Shown piece by piece: positions 1 through 9,362 of a stretch of DNA of 64,000 bases. The stretch's first letter is position 1. The number at the start of each line of letters is the position of its first letter. The position numbers and the translations under genes are program-made. The DNA is taken from contig JBBRSZ010000008.1 in assembly GCA_038244915.1 (NCBI GenBank), positions 41,636 to 105,635 of the forward strand, in the 5' to 3' direction. The stretch is from Burkholderiales bacterium (GTDB taxonomy: Bacteria > Pseudomonadota > Gammaproteobacteria > Burkholderiales > Burkholderiaceae_C). Below the pieces are notes generated by a model that did no database searches, was not told where the DNA came from, and saw nothing but the letters and a program-made list of their open reading frames with translations.

Positions 1-214
1 CTGGCCGCAGCACCTGCGTCGGCACGATCGCGTAGGCCGCGTACAGGTGGAAGACCGACATCGCCACCGCGACCAGCGTGATGCAGGCGGCCAGCCAGCC
101 GCCCAGCCGGTTTGGCGCGCCCTCCTCCTCCTCCACGTACAACTGCGCCTTCTGCATGGCCTCGTCGCTGACGGCGGCCTGGGTCGGGGAATCCGGAACG
201 ACCTGTTCAGTCAT
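1..214 (-). CDS. TRAP transporter fused permease (TAXI-associated DctQM type), N-terminal fragment running off the window
   Basis: Not in the ORF track because there is no stop in the window. The minus-strand ATG at 212-214 gives MTEQVVPDSPTQAAVSDEAMQKAQLYVEEEEGAPNRLGGWLAACITLVAVAMSVFHLYAAYAIVPTQVLRP. This is an acidic leader followed by a TM helix. It lies 108 nt downstream of the TAXI receptor gene on the same strand. Confidence 0.55.
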   Translation of the reverse strand, partial: MTEQVVPDSPTQAAVSDEAMQKAQLYVEEEEGAPNRLGGWLAACITLVAVAMSVFHLYAAYAIVPTQVLRP

Positions 215-322
215 GGGGCACGCTCTCTCTGTGGATGCGGGGACAAGGCCTGTCGCGAACTGGGGGCCCGGGCGGCCCAAACGAAAACCCCGCCATGCGG
301 CGGGGTGCAGGCGGGAAACCGC

Positions 323-1282
323 TCAGTTGAGCTTGATGCCTTTTTCGGCGAAGTACTTGACCGCGCCCGGATGGAACGGAATCGGCGTCGCGTTGGTCCG
401 CTGGTTCTCCAGCTTGAAGTTCTCCGCCTCCTTGTGCACCGCGATCAGGTCGGTGCGCTTGTCGAAGATGGTCTTGACGATGTTGTAGGCCGTCTTGTCG
501 TCCATGTTGGCGTGCGCCACCAGCAGGTTCATCACGGTCGCCTGCCTGTTGTCGCTGTCCATGCCCTTGTAGACCGCCTTGGGAATGGTGTCTTCGACGT
601 ACAGTTCGCCGTACTTCTTGTTCATCCTCGCCACGACTTCCGAGTGGTCGATCATCTTGATTTTGGTGCCGGGCGTGTTGGCCAGGTCGGCGACGGCCGC
701 CGTCGGAAGACCGCCGACCCAGAAGAAGGCGTCGATCTTGTTGTCCTTCATCGCGTTGACCGACTCGGCCACGCCGAGCCGCTCGCGCTTGACGTCCTTG
801 TCCTTGTCGATGCCGGCCGCTTCAAGGATGCGGAAGGCCATCACCTCGGTGGCGCTGCCGGGCGAGCCGGTGGAGATGTGTTTGCCCTTGAGGTCGGCGA
901 GATTGTTGACGCCACGCCCTTCGGTGGACACGATGTGCATCCGATTCGGGTACAGCACCATCAACGTGCGCAGCGGGACCTTGTGGCCCTTGAACTTGTC
1001 CTCGCCCTTGAAGGCGTCGAGCCCGGCATCGGCCATCGTGAAGCCGATGTAGGGCTTGTCGGTACCGATCAGCTTCAGGTTGTCGACCGAGCCGCCCGTG
1101 ACTTCGGCAGTGGCCTGCATGCCAGGCACGTTCTTGGACGGCACTGCCGCCAGCCCGCCCCCCATCGGGTAGTAGACGCCGCCGGTGCCGCCGGTGGCGA
1201 TGGAAATGTTCTGCGCCCCAGCCACCGCGGCCCAGGCGAACGCGCAGCCAACGATGGCGGTGCGCAGCGATTGAATGATCAT
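323..1282 (-). CDS. TRAP transporter solute receptor, TAXI family
   Basis: Internal ATG at 1280-1282 with an AGGAG-like RBS upstream. Signal peptide MIIQSLRTAIVGCAFAWAAVAGA followed by the TAXI hallmark ISIATGGTGGVYYPMGGGLA. The 82 aa upstream in the track ORF are Arg/His-rich junk. Confidence 0.85.
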   Translation of the reverse strand: MIIQSLRTAIVGCAFAWAAVAGAQNISIATGGTGGVYYPMGGGLAAVPSKNVPGMQATAEVTGGSVDNLKLIGTDKPYIGFTMADAGLDAFKGEDKFKGHKVPLRTLMVLYPNRMHIVSTEGRGVNNLADLKGKHISTGSPGSATEVMAFRILEAAGIDKDKDVKRERLGVAESVNAMKDNKIDAFFWVGGLPTAAVADLANTPGTKIKMIDHSEVVARMNKKYGELYVEDTIPKAVYKGMDSDNRQATVMNLLVAHANMDDKTAYNIVKTIFDKRTDLIAVHKEAENFKLENQRTNATPIPFHPGAVKYFAEKGIKLN

Positions 1283-1510
1283 TGCCTGTCTCCTTGTAAT
1301 CGTTGGCGAAGTGCACCTGCCGTCGCTCTTCGCTGCCAGATGCTGGTGGAGGCCTTCTTTCGCTGTCAACGGCGCAAACACCGCGTCGACACGGCCGAAA
1401 TCGTGGCAGGCCCGGCTGCTGATGTAGGATGCCGGCATCGGGATTTCAGCCTCCCGGTGTCCCAAGACGGTGTCCCGTCCAAGCGCTGGCAACTCAAGCT
1501 GGAGTGATCC

Positions 1511-2029
1511 ATGGACACCGCATCGCATTCATTTTCCCTTCACCAGTTCCGGCGCCCCTCGCGTTGGATCACCCGTGAGCGGCCGAAGATCGACCGCATC
1601 GCCTGCCCCTGGCTGGTGCTGCGCTTCATCGATCCGCAGGCGCAGTTCCTGTATGTCCCGACCGCTCAGGTGCTGGCCGAGGCCGAACGGCTCGGCGCCA
1701 TTTCCTATGACATCCCGGGCGCGCCGATCTCGCACGAAGGCGACTTGTGCAGCTTCGACGCGGTGCTCGCGGCGTTCGACCTGCGCCAGCCGGCGCTGGC
1801 CACCTTGGCGCGGATCGTGCGCGGGGCGGATACCGACCGGCTGGATCTCGCGCCGCAATCGGCGGGCCTGCTGGCGCTCTCGCTCGGCTTGTCCCGAACG
1901 TATGCGGACGACCATGCCATGCTTGCCGCGGCGCTGCCGCTGTACGACGCGCTGTACGCCTGGTGCCAGGTGGCGCAGGGCGAAAGCCACGGCTGGAACC
2001 CGGCCGCCATGGTCTGGGCGGCCCAGTGA
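1511..2029 (+). CDS. chrB: chromate resistance protein, ChrB C-terminal-domain type (short form)
   Basis: The sequence WITRERPKIDRIACPWLVLRFIDPQAQFLYVP...ISYDIPGA is typical of the ChrB C-domain. Its TGA overlaps the GTG of chrA. Confidence 0.65.
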   Translation: MDTASHSFSLHQFRRPSRWITRERPKIDRIACPWLVLRFIDPQAQFLYVPTAQVLAEAERLGAISYDIPGAPISHEGDLCSFDAVLAAFDLRQPALATLARIVRGADTDRLDLAPQSAGLLALSLGLSRTYADDHAMLAAALPLYDALYAWCQVAQGESHGWNPAAMVWAAQ

Positions 2030-3402
2030 CGGTGGCGCGTGAGACGGCCGAAGCGCCGGCAGCAGTTTCGTTCTCCGAAGCGCTGAAGTTCTGGCTCAAG
2101 CTGGGCTTCATCAGCTTCGGCGGCCCGGCCGGCCAGATTGCGATCATGCATCGCGAGCTGGTGGAACAGAAGCGCTGGATCTCGGAGCGCCGCTTCCTGC
2201 ACGCCCTCAACTACTGCATGCTGTTGCCGGGGCCCGAGGCGCAGCAACTGGCCACCTACATCGGCTGGCTGATGCACCGCGGCTGGGGCGGTGTCGTCGC
2301 CGGCGGGCTGTTCGTGCTGCCCTCGCTGTTCATCCTGATCGCGTTGAGCTGGGTCTACCTGGCCTTCGGCGAGGTGGCCTGGGTCTCGGGCGTGTTTTAC
2401 GGCATCAAGCCTGCGGTGGCGGCGATCGTCCTGCACGCGGTCTACCGCATCGGCAGCCGCACGTTGAAAAGGCCGTCGCAGGTGCCGCTGTTGTGGGCCA
2501 TCACCGTGGCCAGCTTCCTTGCGATCGCCGTGCTGCACGTGCCGTTCCCCTGGGTTGTGCTGGCGGCGGGGCTGGCCGGGCTCGGCGGGGCGCGGGTCGC
2601 GCCGCGCCAGTTTGATGGCGCCAGCGGCCATGGCGAGGCGATCAGCAGCTATGGCCCCGCGCTGATCGACGACAGTACGCCAACGCCGCCGCACGCGCTG
2701 TTCAGCCGCGGCGGGCTGGCCAAGGTGCTGGGTGTGGGCGCGTTGCTATGGCTCCTGCCGATGGCCCTGCTGGTCGCGGCGCAGGGCTGGAACTCGACGC
2801 TGGCGCAAATGGGCCTGTTCTTCAGCAAGGCGGCGCTGCTCACCTTCGGCGGCGCCTACGCGGTCCTTCCTTATGTCTACCAGGGGGCAGTGGAGCAATC
2901 CCACTGGCTCACCGGGCCGCAGATGATCGATGGCCTCGCACTGGGCGAGACCACGCCGGGCCCGCTGATCATGGTGGTGACCTTCGTCGGCTTCGTCGCC
3001 GGCTGGACCCGCCAGGTGCTAGGCCCCGACGCGGTCTTCCTGGGCGCGGCGCTGGCGGCTTTGGTCGTCACCTGGTTCACCTTCCTGCCGTCATTCGTGT
3101 TCATCCTGGCCGGCGGGCCGCTGGTCGAATCCACCCACGGGCAGCTCCGGTTCACGGCCCCGCTCACGGCCATCACCGCTGCAGTGGTCGGCGTGATTGC
3201 CAGCCTGGCGGTGTTCTTCATCGGCCACATCGTGCGGCGGCCAGGCGCCCTCGGCTGGTCGGGCGGCGACATTGACGTCGTGGCCCTGGCATTGATCGTC
3301 GTGGCCGCGCTCGCGCTGTTCCGGTTCAAGGTCGGCGTGATCCGCGTGATCGCCGGCTGCGCCGTCGCCGGGCTGCTGCTGCGGCTGGCCGGCCTGGCCT
3401 GA
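2026..3402 (+). CDS. chrA: chromate ion transporter ChrA (CHR family)
   Basis: FSEALKFWLKLGFISFGGPAGQIAIMHRELVEQKRWISERRFLHALNYCMLLPGPEAQQLATYIGW, plus a second homologous half containing FFSKAALLTFGGAYAVLPY. The start is taken as GTG 2026 (GTGA overlap with chrB) and is uncertain. Confidence 0.85.
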   Translation: MTVARETAEAPAAVSFSEALKFWLKLGFISFGGPAGQIAIMHRELVEQKRWISERRFLHALNYCMLLPGPEAQQLATYIGWLMHRGWGGVVAGGLFVLPSLFILIALSWVYLAFGEVAWVSGVFYGIKPAVAAIVLHAVYRIGSRTLKRPSQVPLLWAITVASFLAIAVLHVPFPWVVLAAGLAGLGGARVAPRQFDGASGHGEAISSYGPALIDDSTPTPPHALFSRGGLAKVLGVGALLWLLPMALLVAAQGWNSTLAQMGLFFSKAALLTFGGAYAVLPYVYQGAVEQSHWLTGPQMIDGLALGETTPGPLIMVVTFVGFVAGWTRQVLGPDAVFLGAALAALVVTWFTFLPSFVFILAGGPLVESTHGQLRFTAPLTAITAAVVGVIASLAVFFIGHIVRRPGALGWSGGDIDVVALALIVVAALALFRFKVGVIRVIAGCAVAGLLLRLAGLA

Positions 3403-3464
3403 GGCGGGACCGGCGCCGCGGCGTTATCCTGTGCGCTCTGTTCTTATCGGAAAGACAAGCGTCC

Positions 3465-4475
3465 ATGAACATCCTCATCACCGGCGGCTGCGGCTTCCTT
3501 GGCACCCGGCTTGCCCGCACCCTGCTGAAACAAGGCGCCTTGTCGCTGGCCGGGGAGCCGGCGCGCCAGATCGAACGCCTGACGCTGACGGACCGCGTGC
3601 CGCCGCCCGCCGATCTTGCCGCCAATCCCCGCGTGGTCTTCGTCGAAGGCGACCTGCTGGAACTGGCGCAGAGCCGCAGTTTGCCGGCGGCAGGCACCGA
3701 CCTCGTGTTCCATCTGGCCGGCGCGGTGAGCGGCGAATGCGAAGCCGACTTCGACCTGGGCATGCGCAGCAACCTGGACACCACGCGGGCCCTGCTGGAG
3801 GCCAGCCGTGCATTGGGCAGCCGGCCCACGTTCGTGTTCTCCAGCTCGCTGGCGGTGTTCGGCAACGCCCCGGGCACGGCGCTGCCGGAACTGATCGAGG
3901 ACGACACGCTCCCGACCCCGCAAAGCAGCTACGGCATCCAGAAGTTCATGTCTGAACAACTGGTGGCCGACTACGCGCGCAAGGGCTTCATCCGCGGCCG
4001 CAGTGTGCGGCTGATGACCGTGAGCGTGCGCCCCGGCAAGCCCAACGGCGCCGCATCGGGCTTTTTGAGCGGCATGATCCGCGAGCCGCTGGCGGGCCTC
4101 AAGGGCGCCTGCCCGGTGCCGCGCGAGACGCCGGTGGCGTTGGCGTCGCCGGGCACGACGGTCGACGGCATCATCCGCGCGGCCGAGGCGGCCGACGAGG
4201 AATGGGGACCGCTCACCGCCGTGAACCTGCCTTCGCTGTGCACCAGCGTCGGCGAGATGGCCGACGCGCTGGAGCGGGTTGGCGGCAAGGCGGCGACTGG
4301 CTTGCTGGACTGGACGCCCGACCCCGCCGTGCAGAAACTGGTCAAGACCTGGCCGGGCAATGTCGCTTCCACCCGCGCCAACGCCCTGGGCTTGCAGCCG
4401 GACAAGGACTTCGAGAGCGTGGTGCGCGATTACATCCGCGAGAACCCCGGCGCCGTGAAGTTGCCGGTTCGCTAA
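3465..4475 (+). CDS. NAD-dependent epimerase/dehydratase (extended SDR); possibly a D-erythronate dehydrogenase (DenD)-like enzyme
   Basis: N-terminal Rossmann motif [17 protein letters not shown] and catalytic YGIQK (YxxxK). The DenD-like idea rests only on the neighbouring isomerase. Confidence 0.75.
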   Translation: MNILITGGCGFLGTRLARTLLKQGALSLAGEPARQIERLTLTDRVPPPADLAANPRVVFVEGDLLELAQSRSLPAAGTDLVFHLAGAVSGECEADFDLGMRSNLDTTRALLEASRALGSRPTFVFSSSLAVFGNAPGTALPELIEDDTLPTPQSSYGIQKFMSEQLVADYARKGFIRGRSVRLMTVSVRPGKPNGAASGFLSGMIREPLAGLKGACPVPRETPVALASPGTTVDGIIRAAEAADEEWGPLTAVNLPSLCTSVGEMADALERVGGKAATGLLDWTPDPAVQKLVKTWPGNVASTRANALGLQPDKDFESVVRDYIRENPGAVKLPVR

Positions 4476-4486
4476 AGGGAGGGGCC

Positions 4487-5311
4487 ATGCCACGCTTTGC
4501 CGCCAATCTGTCAATGCTCTACCCGGAGCTGGACTTTCTCGATCGCTTCGAGGCCGCCGCGAAAGACGGCTTCGAAGCGGTGGAGTACCTGTTCCCCTAC
4601 GCCTGGGAGGCACGCGAGATCGCGGCGCGGCTGAACGGCAACGGCCTGCAGCAGGTGCTGTTCAACACCGCGCCGGGCAACTGGGACGGCGGCGAACGGG
4701 GGTTGGCCTGCATCCCGGGACGTGAGGCGGAATTCGCGAAGGCGATCGAGCAGGCGCTGTCGTACGCGCAGGCGCTGGAGTGCCCGCGCATCCATGCGAT
4801 GGCGGGCCTGGTGCCAGCGGGCACGACGCGGGAAGCAGTCCGTGCCACTTACGTCGCCAATCTGCGCAAGGCTGCAGCGGTGGCGGCAAAGCAGGGCGTG
4901 GACCTGCTGCTGGAACCGATCAACACCCGCGACATCCCGGGCTTCTTTCTCAATCGCCAGGATGAAGCGCACCGGCTGGTCGAAGAGATCGGCGCCAGCA
5001 ACGTCAAGGTGCAGTTCGACCTGTACCACTGCCAGATCGTCGAAGGCGACGTGGCGATGAAGATCCGCCAGTACCTGCCCACCGGTCGGGTCGGCCACTT
5101 CCAGATCGCCGGCGTGCCGCAACGGCACGAACCCGACCTTGGCGAGCTGTACCACCCTTACCTGTTCGGTGTCATCGACGAAGTGGCGGCGCAGTGCGGC
5201 TGGCAAGGCTGGGTCGGCTGCGAATACCGGCCGGCACTCGGCACGCAGCCGGGCGGTACTTCGGCCGGGCTCGGCTGGATGCAGGCATGGAAGAAGCAGC
5301 CCAAGGGATGA
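4487..5311 (+). CDS. hydroxypyruvate isomerase family protein (Hyi/OtnI-like TIM barrel)
   Basis: ATG 4487 is preceded by AAAGGGAGGGG. The N-terminus [38 protein letters not shown] is nearly identical to that of the hyi gene at 45548-46327. Confidence 0.85.
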   Translation: MPRFAANLSMLYPELDFLDRFEAAAKDGFEAVEYLFPYAWEAREIAARLNGNGLQQVLFNTAPGNWDGGERGLACIPGREAEFAKAIEQALSYAQALECPRIHAMAGLVPAGTTREAVRATYVANLRKAAAVAAKQGVDLLLEPINTRDIPGFFLNRQDEAHRLVEEIGASNVKVQFDLYHCQIVEGDVAMKIRQYLPTGRVGHFQIAGVPQRHEPDLGELYHPYLFGVIDEVAAQCGWQGWVGCEYRPALGTQPGGTSAGLGWMQAWKKQPKG

Positions 5312-5664
5312 CTGCCGTCATCCAGGGCTACCACGCCCACGTCTATTTCGACGCCGGCACGGTCGCGCGGGCCCGTGCCGTCTGCGAGCAGGCTGCGGCG
5401 GCCTTCCCGGTCAAGCTGGGCCGCATGCATGAGAGGCCGGTGGGCCCGCACCCGGACTGGAGCTGCCAGCTGGCGTTCCGGCCCGAGCAGTTCGCGCAGG
5501 TCGTGCCCTGGCTGATGCTGCATCGGGACGGTCTGGTTGTGCTTGTCCATCCCCTCACCGGCAACGACCTGGTGGACCACCGCGATCGCGCGATGTGGAT
5601 GGAAGCCGTGCGGCCACTCGACCTGTCTGTGCTGGACGAGATTCCGGTTCACTACGAACTTTGA
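5308..5664 (+). CDS. DOPA 4,5-dioxygenase-family (DodA-like) small protein
   Basis: ATG 5308 overlaps the upstream TGA (ATGA). [15 protein letters not shown]...HERPVGPHP...LVHPLTG resembles the small bacterial DodA-like family. This is motif memory only. Confidence 0.6.
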   Translation: MTAVIQGYHAHVYFDAGTVARARAVCEQAAAAFPVKLGRMHERPVGPHPDWSCQLAFRPEQFAQVVPWLMLHRDGLVVLVHPLTGNDLVDHRDRAMWMEAVRPLDLSVLDEIPVHYEL

Positions 5665-5673
5665 GCTCGCGCC

Positions 5674-5865
5674 TCAGAGCGCGATCGGGTCCTTGCCATC
5701 GAGCAACTGTTCGACCATCGCCGACGACTCGCCGACCTGCTCCACCGCCTGTCGCAATTGCTGTTCGTTGCAGCCAAAGTGCTTGCTCCAGTACACGACC
5801 TCGGACGGATTGGTCATGTCGATGCGACCGCGTTGCGCCGGGACCGATTCGAATACGTATGCCAT
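5674..5865 (-). CDS. DUF3606 domain protein
   Basis: MAYVFESVPAQRGRIDMTNPSEVVYWSKHFGCNEQQLRQAVEQVGESSAMVEQLL matches the DUF3606 pattern (evvyW..k.g....L..AV..vG). Start taken at the internal ATG 5865. Confidence 0.55.
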   Translation of the reverse strand: MAYVFESVPAQRGRIDMTNPSEVVYWSKHFGCNEQQLRQAVEQVGESSAMVEQLLDGKDPIAL

Positions 5866-5971
5866 GGCGTCATCTCCCTTTCTTCTTGGTGACTGCACAC
5901 ACGGGGAGATTTGGCGCCTGTCATGTGAACGGCGTTGACCGGAGAGGCCGGAATTAAGTGTCAGTGCGCTC

Positions 5972-6754
5972 CTACTGGCGCAGGACAGATGCTCCGGCCG
6001 GGCTGAGGCGTTCGATCAGTGCCAGCGCGGCCGCCGGCGCGCGTTCCTTCGCGCCGTTGATGAAGAAGATGAACGCTTCGCGCGGCTGCGAGCCTGCGCT
6101 CCAGGCATTTGCCCCGAGCGCCCAATGGTCGATCTCACTGGGCGGATAACCGGTCGGGACTGAGGCTTCGCTGCGCATCAACCGGATGTACGCGAACGGC
6201 GCCTGGGGGTCGACGATCGCCGGAAACTTCGGGGAGTCGGTATGGACCGTGACGCAGCCGTACTTGCGTGCCAGCGCCAGGTACAGAGGCGTGTTGAAAC
6301 TTTCGTGCCGCACGTCGAGCACGTGGCGCAGGGCGCGGCTGTCGACCGAGCGCGGCAGCAGCGCCAGGAAGGCCTCGAAATCCTGCGGGTCGAACACCTT
6401 GGTCGGCATGAACTGCCAGACGATCGGGCCGAGCTTGTCGCCGAGTTCGCTGATGCCGCTGCCGACGAAGCGCTCGATCGATTCGCCCGCCGTTGCCAGC
6501 AGCTTGCGATTGGTGGCGAACCGATTGGCCTTGAGGGAGAACACGAAGCCGTCGGGCGTCTCGTCGCGCCAGCGGGCGAAGGTCGGCGGCTTGAAGGTGC
6601 TGTAGTAGGTCCCGTTGACTTCGATCGCCGTCAGCTGGCGGCTGGCGTATTCCAGTTCCTTGCTGTGGGCCAGGCCTGCGGGATAGAAATTGTCGCGCCA
6701 GGGCTCGTAGGTCCAGCCGCCGATGCCGACGCGCACCAGTCGATTTTCCTGCAT
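5972..6754 (-). CDS. DUF72 (YecE/UPF0759) family protein
   Basis: MQENRLVRVGIGGWTYEPWRDNFYPAGLAHSKELEYASRQLTAIEVNGTYYS is the classic DUF72 N-terminus. Confidence 0.8.
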   Translation of the reverse strand: MQENRLVRVGIGGWTYEPWRDNFYPAGLAHSKELEYASRQLTAIEVNGTYYSTFKPPTFARWRDETPDGFVFSLKANRFATNRKLLATAGESIERFVGSGISELGDKLGPIVWQFMPTKVFDPQDFEAFLALLPRSVDSRALRHVLDVRHESFNTPLYLALARKYGCVTVHTDSPKFPAIVDPQAPFAYIRLMRSEASVPTGYPPSEIDHWALGANAWSAGSQPREAFIFFINGAKERAPAAALALIERLSPAGASVLRQ

Positions 6755-6859
6755 GTCGTTTCCTTTCCCGGTCAACAACCTTCTGCCGTGGGCGGCCATG
6801 GTAGCCCGGGCGCCGCCACAGGCGTAAAGTCATGGGCTTGATTCGTCCCCGGAACCACT

Positions 6860-8332
6860 ATGAACAAACCGATCCAACACGAAATGCCGGCCGGCACGCT
6901 CGATGCCGGCGCTGCGCTGGCCCACGCCACTGAGCAGTGGGACCGCGACATCGTCCGGCAGATCACCGACTACATCCAGATTCCCGCCAAGTCGCCCGGC
7001 TTCGACAAGGAGTGGGCCGAACACGGCCACATCGAGACCGTGCTGCGCAACGCCGCAACCTGGGTCGAGGCGCAGAAGGTTGCGGGCCTGACGCTGGAGA
7101 TCGTGCGCCTGCCCGGTCGCACGCCCGTGCTGTTCTTCGAGATCGCCGCCACCAAGCCGATGTCGGCCCAGACGGTGCTGATGTACGGCCATCTGGACAA
7201 GCAGCCCGAGTTCACCGGCTGGCGCAGTGATCTCGGTCCGTGGACGCCCAAGTACGAGGACGGCAAGCTGTACGGCCGCGGTGGCGCCGACGACGGCTAT
7301 GCCGTCTACGCCAGCATTGCGGCGGTGCAGGCGCTCAAGGCGCAGAACGCGCCCCATCCGCGCATCGTCGGCCTGATCGAAACCTGCGAGGAATCGGGCT
7401 CGTATGACCTGCTGCCGTACATCGACGCGCTGCGGCCACGGCTGGGCGACGTCTCGCTGGTGATCTGCCTCGATTCCGGTGCGGGCAACTACGACCAGCT
7501 CTGGCTGACGACCTCGCTGCGTGGCATGGCCAGCGGCACGCTGAAGGTCGAGATCCTGACCGAAGGCGTGCACTCCGGCGACGCTTCCGGCCTGGTGCCC
7601 TCGAGCTTCCGGATCATGCGGCAGGTGCTGGATCGGCTGGAGGACAGCAAGACCGGCCGGCTGCTGCCGCAGAGTTTCCACTGCGAAGTGCCGGCGGAGC
7701 GGCTGGTGCAGACGAAGGCCACGGCGACCATTCTCGGCGACGAGGTCTACAAGCGCTTCCCCTGGGCTCATTACGACTGCGGCGGTTCGACGGCGTTCGC
7801 GTTGCCGACCACGACGGACCCGGTGCAGGCGCTGCTCAATCGCACCTGGACGCCGACCCTGTCCGTCACCGGTGCCGAAGGCTTTCCGGCGCTCAAGGAC
7901 GCGGGCAACGTGCTGCGCCCGTACACGGCGTTCAAGCTGTCGCTGCGCCTGCCGCCGCTGATCGACGCGGCTCAGGCCGTGCAGGAGCTCAAGAGCCTGC
8001 TGGAGGACAACGCGCCCTACCAGGCCAGGGTCACGTTCGAAAGCAATGGCGGCGCGACCGGGTGGAATGCGCCTGACACGGCGCCCTGGTTCGAGCAGGC
8101 GCTCAATCGTGCCTCGCAAGCGCACTTCGGCACATCGTGCGGCTACATCGGCCAGGGCGGCACCATCCCGCTGATGAACATGCTGAGCGAGGGCTTCCCG
8201 AAGGCGCAGATGATGGTGTGCGGCGTGCTCGGGCCCAAGAGCAATGCGCACGGGCCCAACGAGTTCCTGCACGTGCCATATGCGAAGAAGCTCACGGCGG
8301 CCGTGGCGGAAGTCATCGCGCAACTGCCCTGA
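6860..8332 (+). CDS. M20-family metallopeptidase (dipeptidase-like)
   Basis: Metal-ligand motifs MYGHLDKQPE, GRGGADDGYA and ETCEESGS, with the length typical of M20 dipeptidases. Confidence 0.85.
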   Translation: MNKPIQHEMPAGTLDAGAALAHATEQWDRDIVRQITDYIQIPAKSPGFDKEWAEHGHIETVLRNAATWVEAQKVAGLTLEIVRLPGRTPVLFFEIAATKPMSAQTVLMYGHLDKQPEFTGWRSDLGPWTPKYEDGKLYGRGGADDGYAVYASIAAVQALKAQNAPHPRIVGLIETCEESGSYDLLPYIDALRPRLGDVSLVICLDSGAGNYDQLWLTTSLRGMASGTLKVEILTEGVHSGDASGLVPSSFRIMRQVLDRLEDSKTGRLLPQSFHCEVPAERLVQTKATATILGDEVYKRFPWAHYDCGGSTAFALPTTTDPVQALLNRTWTPTLSVTGAEGFPALKDAGNVLRPYTAFKLSLRLPPLIDAAQAVQELKSLLEDNAPYQARVTFESNGGATGWNAPDTAPWFEQALNRASQAHFGTSCGYIGQGGTIPLMNMLSEGFPKAQMMVCGVLGPKSNAHGPNEFLHVPYAKKLTAAVAEVIAQLP

Positions 8333-8450
8333 GGGACTTTTTCACGGTCGCGACGGCCGATCCCGCGGGAGGTCGCGCTGGTCCCGCTGCTGCCGCCGCC
8401 GGTCCGCTGCGCGTTGCGCGGGCGGCGCCGGCAGGCAATCATCCTGGCCC

Positions 8451-9362
8451 ATGATTCCCGTCATCAGCGACTCGACGCTGTCCACCTACACCGCCAGCGA
8501 TGGCGACAACATCGCCATGCAGGACTGGCCGCTGCCGGACGGCCTGGCGCTGCGCGGCATGGTACTCATCGTGCACGGCCTGGGAGAGCATGCCGGCCGC
8601 CACGACGCGCTGGCCAAGCGCCTGAACAGCTGGGGCTTCGCGGTGCGTGGCTACGACCAGTACGGCCATGGCGAGTCCGGCGGCGGGCGCGGTTTGCTGC
8701 CCACGCCGACGCGGCTGCTCGACGACCTGGCCGACATCATCGACAGCACCCGGCTTCGGATGCCGTCGGGCGCCCCGCTGATCCTGCTGGGGCATAGCAT
8801 GGGCGGGCTGGTGGCCGGGCGACTGGTGTCGCTGGGACTGCGCCGGGTCGAGGGCTTGGTGATGTCGTCACCGGTGCTGGATCCCGGACTGAGCCCGTTG
8901 CAGAAACTGTTGCTGGCGACGCTGCCGCACGTGGCGCCCAATCTCACGGTGAGCAACGGGCTCGACGCCGACTTCCTTTCGCATGACCCACAGGTGGTGG
9001 CTGCCTACCGGCGCGACCCGCTGGTGCACGACCGGGTGTCCGGTCGGATGGGCCGTTTCATCGCCGACGCGGCAGCGGCCACGGTCGCCAGCGCGCCAGG
9101 GTGGAAAGTGCCAACCCTGCTGATTTACGCCGGCGACGACCGGATCGTCGAGCCGGCGGGCGCCCGCGCCTTTGCAGCCGCTGCGCCGGCTGCGGTGGTC
9201 ACGACGAAATGCTTCGGCAGCCTGTTCCACGAGCTCTTTCACGAGCCCGATCCGGTGCCGGTCTACGAAGCTCTCAGGCGGTGGCTGGACGCGCGCTTCG
9301 CAGACCCAGCCAGACCAGCGCGGCCGCCGTCAGCAGCACCGGCAGCAACGAGCCGTAGTTGA
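8451..9362 (+). CDS. alpha/beta hydrolase (lysophospholipase/monoglyceride lipase-like)
   Basis: Internal ATG 8451. Motifs include VLIVHGLGEHAGRH, the nucleophile elbow LLGHSMGG, and HELFHEP near the C-terminus. The 3' tail overlaps the convergent MFS gene by 89 nt. Confidence 0.75.
   Translation: MIPVISDSTLSTYTASDGDNIAMQDWPLPDGLALRGMVLIVHGLGEHAGRHDALAKRLNSWGFAVRGYDQYGHGESGGGRGLLPTPTRLLDDLADIIDSTRLRMPSGAPLILLGHSMGGLVAGRLVSLGLRRVEGLVMSSPVLDPGLSPLQKLLLATLPHVAPNLTVSNGLDADFLSHDPQVVAAYRRDPLVHDRVSGRMGRFIADAAAATVASAPGWKVPTLLIYAGDDRIVEPAGARAFAAAAPAAVVTTKCFGSLFHELFHEPDPVPVYEALRRWLDARFADPARPARPPSAAPAATSRS

Noticed and set aside
1455-1476. A direct repeat of CGGTGTCCC, with copies starting 13 nt apart, in the TAXI/chrB divergent region.
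   Set aside because: A 9-mer repeat in GC-rich DNA is weak evidence. No regulator gene or palindrome is associated with it.
9274-9362. An 89-nt convergent overlap between the 3' ends of the alpha/beta hydrolase and the MFS gene.
   Set aside because: It probably results from late stop codons in GC-rich sequence, since the hydrolase tail ADPARPARPPSAAPAATSRS is low complexity. There is no evidence for antisense regulation.
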